DNA of 64,000 bases from Mobula hypostoma (lineage: Eukaryota), in contig NC_086097.1 in the NCBI RefSeq assembly GCF_963921235.1, forward strand, positions 111,044,001 to 111,108,000, given 5' to 3'. Made by a program: the position numbers and the translations under genes. Below are positions 1 to 12,930 of the stretch, one piece after another; the stretch's first letter is position 1; every line of letters starts with the position of its first letter. Under the pieces are notes generated by a model. That model was not told where the DNA came from. It saw only the letters and a program-made list of their open reading frames with translations, and searched no databases.

Positions 1-2330
1 CCAAAATGAAATACTTCACACTTACCTGGGTTGAACTCCATCTGCCACTTCTCAGCCTAGTTCTGCGTCCTATTGATGCCCCACTGTAATCTCTGACAAC
101 CCTGCAGACTATCCATAACACCTCCAACTTCTGTCATCAGCAACCTTATTAATCCACATTTCTACTTCCTCATCCAGGTCAGTTATAAAAATCCCAAACA
201 GGAGGGTCCTGTGGAACACCGCTGGTCACCGTCCTCCATGCAGAATAAGAACCATCCACAGCCACCCTTTGCCTTCTGTGGCCAAATCAATTCTGAATCC
301 ACAAAGCAAGGTCTCCTTGGATCCCATGCCTCATTACTTTCTGAATGAGCCTCACATAGAAAATGCCTTACTGATATCCATATACATTACATCCACTGTT
401 CTACCTTCATCAGTGTGTTTTGTTACATCCTCAAAGAATTCAATCAGGTTAAAAAGGCATGACCTGCCCCTGACAAAGGCACGCTGACTATTCCTAATCA
501 GATTATGTCTTTCAAAATGCTCATAAATCCTGCCTCTCAGGATCTTCTCCAACAACTTGCCCACCACTGAATTAAGACTCACTGGTCTATAATTTCCTGG
601 GTTATCGCTACTCCCTTTCTTGAACAAGGGAACAATATTTTTAACCTTCAAATCCTCTGATACTTCTCCCGTCCCTATTGATTATACAAAGATCATTGCC
701 AGAGGCTCAGCAACCTCCTCCCTCACTCCCCACAGTAGCCTGGGGTATATCTCAGCCGGTCCTGGTGACTTATCTAACAATATCTTTCAAAAGCTCCAAC
801 GAATCCTCTTTCTTAATGTCTAGCATTCCAGTCTGCTGCAAGTCATCCCCACAATTGCCAAGGTCCTTTTCACTGGTGAATACTGAAGCAAAGTATTCAC
901 TAAGTACCTCCGCTACTTCCTCCGGCTCCATTCACATTTCCACTCTCATTCCTGATTGGTCCCATTCTCACACAGCTCATCCTCTTGCTCTTCACATGCT
1001 TGTAGAATGTCTTGGCATTTTCCTTAATTCAGCTTGCCAAGGCCTTCTCATAGCCCCTTCTAACTCTCCTAATTTCATTCTTGAGCTTCTTCCTGGCATC
1101 CTTGTAATTTTCTAGAGCTCTAACAGTACCTAGTTTCTTGAACCTTTTGTAAATTTTTCTTTTCTTAACTAGATTTTCTATATCCTTTGTACACTACTGT
1201 TCTTTTACCCTACCATCCTTTCCATACTTCTAAGCAGATCGCCATGCAAATTTTCCCTGAACATTTGCCATATTTCTGCTGTGCACTTCCTTGAGAACAT
1301 ATGCTCCCAATTTATGCTCTCAAGTTCCTGCCTAATAACCTATTTCCCCCTACCTCAATTAAATGCTTTCCCAAACTGTCTGCTCCTATCCCTCTCCAGC
1401 ACTACGGTGAAGGCAATAAGTGTTGTGATCCCTACCTCCAAAATGCTTTCCCACTGATACCTGACACATGACCAGGTTCATTTCCCAATACCAGATCAAG
1501 AACAGCCTCTCCTCTAGTTGGCTTATTGCATAGGAAACCTTCCTGAACACACCTAACAAACTCCACCCCATCTAAACCCCTTGTCTAAGGAGATGCCAAT
1601 AAATATTCTGAAAGTTAAAATCACCCAACCCTATTATTGTGGCACTGTTCCAGAATCTGCCTTGCTATCTGCTCCTCGATGTCTCTGTTATTAATGGGGG
1701 GGTGTGTCTATAAAAACACTCAGAGTATTGCCCCTTCCCGTTTCTAACTTCAACCCACAATGACTCAGTAGACAATCCCTCCATGACTTCCTCCTTTCCT
1801 GCAGCCGTGGTTACTATCCCTGACCACTAAAGATTTATACAGCGGCAACATGACTTCCTGACTTTTGTACACAACATCCTGACCAGTGAAGGTAAGTATG
1901 CCACATGCCTTCTTTACTACCTTGTCTATTTCTGTTGCCACTTCTAGACAGTAATGGACTTAGACCCAAGATCCCTTTGTACATTGGTGTTCTTAAGGGT
2001 CCTGCTATTTACTGTATACTTCCTCCTTGCATTTAACCTCTCAAAGATTAATACCTCACATTTTCCTGGATTGAACACCCACTGCTATTTCTCCAGCCAA
2101 ATCTGCAACTGTTCTATACCCTGTTGTATGCTTTGACAACCTTCTTCACAATCCACAGCTCTTTCAATTCCTGTGCCATCTCTATCTTTATAATCAGCCA
2201 ATCACTTTTCTTCAGATAACTGACATGTATAACAAACAGAAATCCCAGATGTGACCTCTGCAGAACACCACCTGTTAGAATAACACCATCCACCACCAAT
2301 TCTGAATCCAATCTACCAAGTCACATTGAC
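1..2330 (-). mobile_element. Decayed CR1 LINE fragments (RT and endonuclease), cut by the window start
   Basis: Minus-strand peptides such as VPLFKKGSSDNPGNYRPVSL and GRSCLFNLIEFFEDVTK; frameshifted. Confidence 0.85.
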
Positions 2331-2470
2331 TACAAAATAATTTTATTAGGAGCGAAATACTCAATATTATGCTGTAATTGAACACCAATCAACCAGTAAA
2401 CTATTTTGTGTCTGGATGGGATGAGCAGGAGCATTCAGAGATGAGAACGATTGTCAGGTTTTAAATTCAC

Positions 2471-2658
2471 CTTTATTTTCTCCAGCTCTTGATAGCGCTC
2501 ATCTAATTGCTCTTGAAGGGCTTCCTTTTCGTTGGTCATCTGGGCACAGCGTTCCTTATGGACATGAATCATCTCTTTGCAGCGCTGTAGAAGATTTTCT
2601 TGCCTCTTCACACGTTTTTGAAGAACTGTTATGGAATTAGCATCATTGCCAGCTCCCT
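2471..2658 (-). CDS. GOLGA4: GOLGA4 exon, 188 nt, phase 1-0: (E)GAGNDANSITVLQKRVKRQENLLQRCKE...ERYQELEKIK
   Basis: catgtag acceptor, AAG/gtgaat donor; matches human LQQRVKRQENLLKRCKE...EKEALQEQLDERLQELEKIK. Confidence 0.95.
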
Positions 2659-3565
2659 CTACATGGCATAGAATCATAGTAACTTTAACAATAGTAGAAG
2701 AAATCTAGAACATGGCCACAAAAAGAAATCTAAAATTGGCTGTAAAGAACATTAAAGCAACAAATAAAAAACGCAACATTATTTTTGACATAAAATCTAA
2801 AGGAAACTTAACAGGTAACTAATGAATACAGGTCTGAATTTTACTTCTGAAATTTCAAGAATTGTTTTGTTACCAATAGCCCATATGATGAACAGAATGC
2901 TTCTTGCGCAAACAAAATAGATTGATTTATAAGACAGTAACAAAATTGGATACTGAAATCATACTCTATTTCTACAGCACCATTTAGAGCTATGAGGGCA
3001 TAGCTATGAAAAATGGGAACTCCTGGTAAGAACTATCAGTTTTCACTGACTTATCTAATGCTGATGGTCCAGTAAAATTTTTGTTTATGCATGCACCCAC
3101 AACTCAGATACACAGACAAATACAGCATTGTTGAAAAACTATGTTTTCTTGAACTAATAACCAAAGAGAATATTCTACAATACAAAAAAAATCATGAACT
3201 CAGTCAGAAAAGAATATTTTCTGTGACAGACATATGTTATTTAATAACATAAATGAAGAACTTCTTACAAACTCACTTTGGAATTTAATTGTATTTCTTG
3301 AAAATACAAACAAAATATCTTGGAATGCTACTACCACAAGGTTTTTCACTTTATCCTGACCACGCTCAGTCCTATCCTAATCTATGTAAATATAAGCAAA
3401 ACATGAGGCAAGATTTAGGAGCAGAATTAGGCCAATCAGCCCATCAACTCTGCTCCACCATTCAATCTTGGCACTTTTTTTAAAAATTCAACCAACTTCT
3501 CCATCCCCCTTCTCTCATTAACCCTCAAACAAGAATCTATCAATCTCTGCATTAAACACACCCAA

Positions 3566-3779
3566 ACAACAGGAATTCTGCAGATGCTGGAAATTCAAGC
3601 AACACACATAAAAGTTGCTGGTGAACGCAGCAGGCCAGGCAGCATCTCTAGGAAGAGGTGCAGTCGACGTTTCAGGCCGAGACCCTTCATCAGGACTTCG
3701 TCAGTCCTGACGAAGGGTCTCGGCCTGAAACATCGACTGCATCTCTTCCTAGAGATGCTGCCTGGCCTGCTGCATTCAC
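3566..3779. mobile_element. Palindromic Penelope-like mini-insertion with two inverted hammerhead motifs
   Basis: Matches the pLTR end at 57685; inverted arms; TSD cattaaacacacccaa at 3550-3565 and 3780-3795. Confidence 0.9.
3662..3697 (-). ncRNA. Minimal type I hammerhead ribozyme motif
   Basis: AGTC-CTGATGA-A-GGGT-CTCG-GCCT-GAAAC-GTC-GACT. The inverted partner at 3703-3738 has ATC instead of GTC. Confidence 0.75.
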
Positions 3780-3911
3780 CATTAAACACACCCAATGACT
3801 TGGCCTCCATAGTCCTTTATAGCAACAAATTCCAGAAATTCACCACTCTCCAGGTGGAAGAAATTCCTCCTCGTCTCAGTTTAAAGAGATGTCCCTTTAT
3901 TCTGATGCTAT

Positions 3912-4837
3912 TGTGAGGGGATCCTAAAGTACCCCTACTAACTGTTGTTTTGAAAAGAGAGACAGAGAGTTATTTACCACCAATGGCTTGTTTGTAAAAG
4001 AGAGAGAGAGAGAGAGATGAAGACTAACGGTTGGACTGTCATTTTAAGGCACTGGAAGAAACTTCAGAATTCTACTGAGTTGGGTTTGGAGACAGCACTG
4101 AGCAGCTCAAAAGTTGCTATGATGACCGAAGGCAGGTTGTTGATATTACTTCAAGGACAGTTCGCCTGCTTGTGCATTTCTTCAGAGAGGAAGGAGGAGT
4201 TACTTGAATGACAGGTGGTACCCAGTACGGTGAGATAAATAGGAGGTCAGATGATACAGACCTCAGACACATGTTTGGACACCAAATGAGCATTGTTGTG
4301 CCCGTAGAAAAAGTGGGTTTTGGAGGAGCGATCAGGTGGATCGATCCAATCGCTCTTGCAGTGAAAAGAAGGAAAAGGGGTTGACTGGTGGGGAGTTGTC
4401 CATGTGTCCCACCCTCGCCTGGGGGATAGCTCCACGACAGAAAACCGGTCCACTTCGTTAAAGTCACAGTCGGTGACTTTTAAAGAACTTTGAAGGACAA
4501 TGAGAAGATTGACGGCATCAGCTCACCTAAAGATTCAAATATCTCTCTCTCTCTCCCAAGTGAACTGAACTGAACTTTACTCATCATCATAAGACTGTAT
4601 CTTTTTACCCCTAGACTTAAAAGAAGCTTGCTTTTTCATACATATATTTCCACACTTACTGATTTACTTACACACACACACATATATAAAAAATCATTGC
4701 TAACTCATTTGATTTATTTAATTTATATTACTGTATTGCATAGTTACTAATATATATTATTAGTTTATAGCAATACTGGACTCCAAAGTGTTTTCTATTT
4801 CTGCTGGTTCTTTATTCCCGTCATGGGGCACATGACA
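3912..4837. mobile_element. Solo LTR, 926 bp
   Basis: TG...CA termini (tgtgag...atgaca), 4-bp TSD ctat at 3908-3911 and 4838-4841, splits a CR1 remnant. Confidence 0.8.
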
Positions 4838-5008
4838 CTATGCCATCACATCCCAAGCTGTTCTACAAATGGGAACACCCTCTCTACATCGACTCTACCC
4901 AAGCTTTTCAGTAGTTGGTAGGTTTCAAAGAGTCTCCACCCCGCCCCACTCCCCCCACCTGTTCTGAACTCCATTGAGAACAAGTCCAGAAACATAAAAT
5001 ACTCATTT

Positions 5009-5192
5009 CAAGCTGGAGGAGCTCAGCAGGTCGGGCAGCATCCATGGAAAAGATCAGTCGACGTTTCGGGCCGGAACCCTTCTTCAGGGTTCTGGCCCGA
5101 AACATCGACCTATCTTTTCCACGGATGCTGCCCGACCTGCAGCTTGTTGTGAGTGTTGCTTTGACCCCAGCATCTGCAGATTATTTTGTGTT
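5009..5192. mobile_element. Palindromic Penelope-like mini-insertion of a different subfamily
   Basis: Inverted arms meeting near 5087; minus-strand core CTGAAGA-A-GGGT-TCCG-GCCC-GAAACGTC at 5056-5087; TSD taaaatactcattt at 4995-5008 and 5193-5206. Confidence 0.85.
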
Positions 5193-5507
5193 TAAAATAC
5201 TCATTTGTTGTGCTTTTCATTCCAGGGTACCTTCTTGAGAACCTCTTGTGGACCCTCTCCAAGACTAGCACATCTCATTAGATATCAGGCTCAAAGTTTC
5301 TCACAATACTCCAAATATGCTTTGACCAACAATTTATCAAGCCTCAGCAGTGCATCTTTGCTTTCATGTCAATAATAAAAGCAAAGATGCACTGCAATCA
5401 ATATCTATAAATAGATTGACCATATTCATGGTCTTATGAACCAACAGTATTGATTGGATACAGTTATCATGGTGATTGCAATATTGATATAAACCATGCA
5501 AGTCAAT

Positions 5508-8500
5508 CATAAGACCATAAGATATAGGAGAAGTAGGCCATTCGGCCCATTGAGTCTGCTCTGGTATTCAATCAAGTGTTGATCCAATTCTTCCCATCAT
5601 CCCCACTCCCCTGCCTTCTACCCATACCCTTTGATGGCCTGGCTAATCAAGAACCTATCTATCTCTCCCTTAAATGCGCCCAATGACTTGGCCTCCACAG
5701 CCTCTCGTGGCAATAAATTCCACAGATTTACCATCCTCTCACTAAAGTAATTTCTCCGCATCTCTGTTCTTAATGGACATCCTGCAATCGTGAAGTCGTG
5801 CCCTTTTGTCCTACAATTCCCTACCATGGGAAATAACTTTGCCTTATCTAACCTGTTCAGACCTTTTAACATTCGGAATGTTTCTATGAGATCCCCCTCA
5901 TTCTCCTGAATTCCAGGGAATACAGCCCAAGAGCTGCCAGACGTTCCTCATACAGCAACCCTTTCATTCCTGGAATCATTCTCGTGAATCTTCTCTGAAT
6001 CCTCTCCAATGTCAGTATATCCTTTCTAAAAATAAGGAGCCCAAATCTGCACACAATACTCCATGTGTGGTCTCATGAGTGTTTATAGAGCCTCAACATC
6101 ATATCCATGCTTCTTATATTCTATACCTTTAAAAATGAATGCCAACATTGCATTCGCCTTCTTCACCACCAACTCAACCTGGAGATTAACCTTTTGGGTA
6201 TCCTGCACAAGGACTGCCAAGTCCCTTTGCATCACTGCATTTTGTATTCTCTCCCCGTCTAAATAACAGTCTGCCCATTTATTTCTTCCACCAAAATGCA
6301 TGACCGTACACTTTCCAACACTGCATTTCATTTGCCACTTCTCTGCCTATTCCCTTAAACTATCCAAGCCTCTCAGCAGGCTCCCTCTTTCCTCATCACT
6401 AACTGCTCCTCCACCTATCTTTGTATCATTGGCAAATTTAGCCACAAATCCATTAATCCCAAAGTTCAAATCACTGACTTACACCGTAAAATGCAGCGGT
6501 CCCAACACCTACCCGTGTCAGTGTGCATGCGCCAGTTGTGCATGCAGCCTGTAACAGCCGCTCCGACTAGTTTTCTTACTTTTTTTCTTCTTACTTTCTT
6601 AACTTACGTTGTTTTTTTTCCCACGGTAACACGTTGAAGCTGCACCCTCTCTAACATGCTGGCGGAGAGTTTTATATGGGTTTTTAGCACTGGAAATAGT
6701 TACATTCGGACACATCTCATTAGCGGGGCAGCAGTATGGTCGCATTGTTTATTCCCGGGACCAGCTGATTGCGCTTATGCCGGCCGGTTTAGCGAACAGA
6801 GTAGTGGACACCCCAGCTAAAATCTGGAGGAAAACACACAGAGGATGCAGAGGGGGAATCAAAAAGGCGAGGAAAGAGGACCGGGTTGAGACAACAGAGA
6901 CTTATGGAGAAGAGGAGTTATAAGCTGTGTCTTCCCTCTCTCATTATGGGCAATGTGAGATCGCTGGGTAATAAAATGGACGAGTTGACGGCGTTAGCCA
7001 GGAGTCAGAGAATATTTCAGGAGAGCAGTGTTATGTGTTTTACTGAAACGTGGCTGCACGTGGACATACCCGACCAAAACGTTTCCATGGAGGGCTTCCA
7101 GACCATTACGGCTGACCAGAAGTGCACTGAGAGCGGTAAGCGTAAAGGAGGGGGGCTTGCCGCTCTGGCTAACAACAGATGGTGCAATCCTGGTCATATT
7201 ATGATTGAGGAACGTGATTGTAGCCCGGATATTGAACTCTTTGCTGTTGGATTCCAGCCATATTCCACCGAGATGCAACACTGGGCATCATGGAGGTTGT
7301 TCCTGCCTGTGGACATCGAACTTTGCAGGTCCTCCCGTGGAGGGTCAGACACCCTGAGCCAATGGGCTGGTCCTGGACTTATTTCCATCTGGCATAGTTT
7401 GCATATAGTTGTTTGATTGTTTGTGGTTTTGTATTGCTATATTTATGCTCTATTCTTGGTTGGTGCAGCTGTAACAAAACCCAATTTCCCTCGGAATCAA
7501 TAAAGTATATCTATGTCTATGGAACTCCACTGGTAACCAGCAGCTAGCCAGAATAGGATCCCTTTATTCACACTCTGTTTTCTGCCGATCAGCCAATGCT
7601 CCACCCATGCTAGTAACTCCCCTGTAGTTCCATGGGCTCTTACCTTGCAAATCAGCCCCATGTGCAGCCTTCTGAAAATCCAAGTACACCACATCTACTA
7701 CATCTCCTTTGCCTACCCTGCTTGTAATTTCCTCAAAAAATTGCAGTAGGTTAGTCAGGCAAGATTTTCCTTTCAGGAAACCATGCTGGCTTTGGCTATC
7801 TTGTCATGTGCCTCCAGGTATTCCATAATCTCAGCCCTAACAATCGATTCCAACAACTTCCCAACCACTGATCTCTATCATTACCTAATTTTTTTGAACC
7901 TTTCGTAAGATCTAGTGAGCTCTTCTTATCACCTCCGGATCACTGCACAACACCCAATCCAGCACAGCCGATCCCCTAGTGGGCTCAACCACTGATGCCA
8001 GGCAAGCAGTTCTTAAATAGCGTAGTAACATTTGCAATTTTCCAGTCATCTGGAACAATGCCAGAATCTATCAATTCTTGAAAGACCATTGTTAATGCCT
8101 CCGCAATCTCTCCAGCTACTTCCTTCAGAACCCAAGGGTGCATTCCATCAGGTCCAGGAGAATTATCTACCCTCACCCTCGCCAGCTTCCTTTCATAATT
8201 CATCTTTTTCTTCCTGATGACCTTCTTAGTTTTCTTCCACAAGTTTTTAAAAGCTTCCCAATCCTCTATCTTCCCATTAACTTTGGCTTCCTTGTATGCC
8301 CTCTCTTTTGCTTTTACTTTGTCTCTGACTTCACTTGTCAGCCACGATAGTGTCCTTCTTCCATTCGAAAATTTCTTATTTGTAATATATATGTCTTGCA
8401 CTTCCCTCATTTTTCGCACAAACTTCAGCCATTGCTGCTCTGCTGTCCTTCCTGCTAGTGTCCCTTTTCAGTCAACCTTGGCCAGTTCCCCTCTCATGCC

Positions 8501-9520
8501 ATTGTAATTTCCTTTATTCCACTGAAATACCGACACATTGGAATTTAGTTTCTTCTTCTCAAACTTCAAAGTGAACTCGATCATATTGTGACCACTGTTC
8601 CCTAAGAGTTCCTTAACGATAAGCTCTCTTATCACCTCCAGATCATTGCACAACACCCAATCCAGCACAGCCAATCCCCTAGTGGGCTCAACAACCTGTT
8701 CTAAAAAGCCATCCTTTTAGACATTCTGCAAATTCTCTCTGGAGGTCCAGTACTGGCCTGGTTTTCCCAATCCACTTTCATGTTAAAATCCCCAACAATT
8801 ATCATGACATTGCCCTTCTGACACACCTTTTCTATCTCCTCCTGTAATTTGTAATCCACATCCTGACTGCTGTTTGGAGGCCTGTATACAACTGCCATTA
8901 GGGTCCTTTTACTCTTGCCATTTCTTAGCTCAACCCATAGAGACTCTACACCTTCCGCTCTTATTTCATCACTTTCTAATGATTTAATATTATTTCTTAT
9001 ACACAGGGCCACACCACCACCTATGCCTACTAACCCATCTTTCCAATACACCATATATCCTTGGACATTCAACTCCCAATGGCAGCCATCTTTTAGCTAA
9101 GTTTCAGAGATGGCCACAACATCATACTTGCCAATCTGTAGCTGAATTTCAAGATCATCCATTTTATTTCTTAAGCTGCATGCATTCAAACACAACACTT
9201 TCAATCCAGTATTTGTTGCTTTCTATTTTAACTGCTCCACACCTCTACTGACCTTTAACTCATCTTACTGGCTGTGGTTATGCCTCATCTCCTCCCTGTC
9301 CTTTCCATCATCTTTGTTGCACGCTAGCTTTGATTTATTTCTGTTTTCCCCTTCCTTAACCTCCCCCGCACCATCACTCTCATTCCCCTTCCCCTGTGAA
9401 ATTAGTCTAAACCCACCCTAACAGCTCTCTTAAACCTGCCTGCTTGGATATTGGACCCCTTTGAGTTCAGGTGTAACCCATCCTTTTCGTACAGGTTGTA
9501 TCTCACCCAGAAGATGCCCC
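5508..9520 (-). mobile_element. CR1 LINE (3' tail, RT, APE endonuclease, end of ORF1), degraded and interrupted
   Basis: cataagaccataaga tail; peptides KCTVMHFGGRN, SPGPDGMHPWVLKE, GGGVALCIR, VYRPPNS, VGDFN. Confidence 0.9.
6516..7520 (+). mobile_element. Internally deleted Rex1/Babar LINE (5' UTR and endonuclease start joined to the 3' end)
   Basis: LPSLIMGNVRSLGNKMDEL, FTETWL and GGGL motifs; near 7262 it jumps to a 3' end matching 20038-20298; ctatgt tail. Confidence 0.8.
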
Positions 9521-11310
9521 GGAAACAAAGAAGAACTTACAAAAGGTTCAAAAAAACTAGGTAATGATAGAGATCTAGAAGATTATAAGGCTAGCAGGAA
9601 GGAGCTTAAGAATGAAATTAGGAGCACCAGAAAGGGCCATGAGAAGGCCCTGGCAGACAGGATTAAGGAAAACCCCAAGGCATTCTACAAGTGTGTGAAG
9701 AGCAAGAGGATAAGACAAGAGAGAATAGGACCAATCTAGTGTGACAGTAGAAAAGTGTGTATGGACAAGAGGAGATAGCAGAGGTACTTAATGAATACTT
9801 TGCTTCAGTATTCACTACGGAAAAGGATCTTGGCGATTGTAGGGATGACCTGCAGCGGACTGAAAAGTTTGAGCATGTAGATATTAAGGAAGAGGATGTG
9901 CTGGAGCTTTTGGAAAGCATCAAGTTGGATAAGTCATCAGGACCGGACAGGATGTACCCAAGGCTACTGTGCGAAGTGAGGGAGCAAATACTGAGCCTCT
10001 GGCGATGACCTTTGCATCATCAATGAGGACAGGAGAGGTTCCAGAGGATTGGAGGGTTGCGGATGTTGTTCCTTTATTCAAGAAAGGGAGTAGGGATAGC
10101 CCAGGAAATTATAGACCAGTAAGTCATAACTTCAGAGGTTGGTAAGTTGATGGAGAAGATCTTGAGAGGCAGGATTTATGAACATTTGGAGAGGCATAAT
10201 ATGATTATGAATAGTCAGCATGGCTTTGTCAAAGGCAGGTCGTGCCTTACAAGCTTGATTAAATTTTTTGAGGATGTGACTAAACACATTGATGAAGGTA
10301 AAACTGTAGATGTAGTGTACAAGAATTTCAGCAAGGAAATTTGATAAAGTACCCCATGCAAGGCTTATTGCGAAAGTAAGGAGGCATGGGATACTTTGTG
10401 GATCCAGAACTGGTTTGCCCACAGAAGGCAAAGAGTGGTTGGAGATGGGTCATATTCTGCATGGAGGTCGGTGACCAGTGGATTGCCTGAGGGATCTGTT
10501 CTGGGACCCCCACTCTTCGTGATTTTTATAAATGACGGGATGAGGAAGTGGAGGGATGGGTTAGTAAATTTGCTGATGACACAAAGGTTGGGGGTGTTGT
10601 GGATAGTGTGGAGGGCTGTCAGAGGTTACAGCGGGACATTGATAGGATGCAAAACTTGGCTGAGAAGTGGATATGGAGCTGAACCCAGATAAGTGTGAGG
10701 TGGTTCATTTTGGTAGGTCAAATACGATAGCAGGTTATAGAATTAATAGTAAGACTCCTGGTATTGTGGAAGATCAGAGGGATCTTGGGGTCCGAGTCCA
10801 TAGGACACTCAAAGCTACTACACAGGTTGACTCTGTGGTTAAGGCAGCATATGGTGCATTGGCCTTCATCAAGCGTGGAATTGAATTTAAGAGCCAACAG
10901 GTAATGTTGCAGCTATATAGGACCCTGGTGAGACCCCACGTGGAGTACTGTGCTCAATTCTGGTCGCCTCACTACAGGAAAGACGTGGAAACCATAGAGG
11001 AGATTTACAAGGATGTTGCCTGGATTGGGGAGCATGCCTTATGAGAATAAGTTGACTGAACTCGGCCTTTTCTCCTTGGAGCGATAGTGGATGAGAGGTG
11101 ACCTGATAGAGTTGTACAAGATGATGAGAGGATCCTGTGGATAGTCAGAGGCTTGGGGACTTCCGGTAGCGCTCATGGAGTGAAGTCGCGTTCTTGACTC
11201 GCTCCATTACCTCTGAGTTTTTTCTCTCTATGGTCAGCTATACTTTAATTAACTATTAAGGCATCAATTTTTACAATACTTTGAATTAAACTGAATTCTC
11301 TGACAATTGG

Positions 11311-12210
11311 ATGATACTGAGATCGGCTATGTCTAAGAACGGGAAAGACGGCAAGGATGGTAAACCTCCGGTTAAACCAAAAGCTACGGATCTCCCTCCG
11401 ACTGAATCACCGGTGACTTTGAAAGCGATATCGGAGTTAATTCAGAGGGAAATTTCAACCTCTGTTAGGGAGATGATTCGTACAGAAATTATGGGCTTTG
11501 TTAAAGACCTGATTCATACGGAAATCTCAACTAAGTTCCAGAAAATTGCCGATTTAATTGATAAGATGCAAACATGTATTGCGGAACATCAGTCGGCTAT
11601 ATCTGATCTTCAAAAATCCGCGCAACAAAGTGAGCTTAAGATGGGGAAAGTCGAAGAAACAATTAATGTAATGAAGAAGAAACTTGACTTTTTGACTTTT
11701 AAAAACTCTGACTTGGAATCTAGAATGCGACGGCAGAATTTACGAATGATTGGCGTCAGGGAAGCCGTGGAAGCTAACAACCCTATGAAATATTTCTCCC
11801 AACTTTTAAAAGATGCATTCCCTACTGTATTTCCTGACCAACCACCGCTACTGGATCGTGTTCACAGAATCCCATCATACTCGTCTAGGTCAGATAGACC
11901 TAGGCATGTTATCTTACGTTTTCATTACTTTCAAGACAAGGAGAGACTGTTTCGATTCGCTCGATCTAAAGGTTTCATTGATTTTTCGGATCTTAAGTTC
12001 CGATTCGTGGAAGATTTCAGTAAACCAATCTGGGACCAACGGGTCCGTTACAGATCCGTGATGTCGGAATTCTATAAGATGGATTTAAGACCAGCGCTGC
12101 TGTACCCTGCACGTCTAAGGATTCGCATGTTAGATGGAGCCCTTCGTTTTTTTGATTCTCCATCGGATGCCCAGAGTTATCTGGATCAACTTTCATCTTC
12201 AACATCTTAA
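11311..12210 (+). CDS. L1 ORF1p (coiled coil, RRM, CTD), 299 aa
   Basis: LESRMRRQNLRMIGVRE, LDRVHR, PRHVILRFHYFQDKE and LLYPARLRI motifs typical of vertebrate L1 ORF1. Confidence 0.92.
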   Translation: MILRSAMSKNGKDGKDGKPPVKPKATDLPPTESPVTLKAISELIQREISTSVREMIRTEIMGFVKDLIHTEISTKFQKIADLIDKMQTCIAEHQSAISDLQKSAQQSELKMGKVEETINVMKKKLDFLTFKNSDLESRMRRQNLRMIGVREAVEANNPMKYFSQLLKDAFPTVFPDQPPLLDRVHRIPSYSSRSDRPRHVILRFHYFQDKERLFRFARSKGFIDFSDLKFRFVEDFSKPIWDQRVRYRSVMSEFYKMDLRPALLYPARLRIRMLDGALRFFDSPSDAQSYLDQLSSSTS

Positions 12211-12930
12211 TTGCCTTTTTTTAATTTTCTCCGTTGATCGGAGGCTGTGAATTGGTTGGTTTTAACTTTTCTGTGCCCTATTTGGGCAGAAAAGTTTACT
12301 TTCGATTTCTTAATATGGCTGCTAAACTTTCTTTTTAACTGCGTCATTTCTTTCTTTTCCCAGGGGATTTTGGGTGGTTACTTCCCTTTTGTCATCTTAC
12401 GTATTTCCTGTGCGGCCTTAAATTTTGTAGTTTTTTTTAAATTTTATTCTGTTTTGCTTTTTATAATCATTTTATGTTAATAATCCTATTTTTTTTGTTG
12501 CTGTGTCTATTCATGAGTTTGAGGTTTATTGTGGTTTTTTTTTAATATATACTTTCCGGCTTTTGTTCTGTTCTGTGTGTATTTTAATTGAGCTAACTTT
12601 TTTTTACTTATTTTTTTACTGTTTTACAATTAGCTGATCCTTTTTATATTTATACCTTTTTTTTAGGGAGCGTATACCGGAAGTCATGGGGGTAGTTTTA
12701 GCGCTTGCTTCTTTCTGGCGGGTCTGCTTTAGATTTCGCCTTGGGGTCTTGGGGTGGGGGGTGGTGGGAGGGGCTTCACGTTTTAGTTTGTTTCTCTTTG
12801 GGCTATATACATTATTGAAGTATTGGTTGCGTCCTTTTCCCCGGTATCTTTTGTATGTTCTGTTTCCTCTCCGGGTTTGTGGGTCGCGCCTATTGTCAAT
12901 CCTCCTTGTTATGGGTTGACTTTAGGATTT

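Larger units (their letters stand above)
3385..5350 (-). mobile_element. Old CR1 3'-end fragment interrupted by two Penelope mini-palindromes and a solo LTR
   Basis: Similar to the CR1 3' end at 5510-6100; continuity is restored when the inserts and their TSDs are removed. Confidence 0.7.

Noticed and set aside
12823..12930. 36-aa N-terminal extension of L1 ORF2 in the ORF track
   Set aside because: It starts at TTG; the endonuclease domain begins just after the ATG at 12931.
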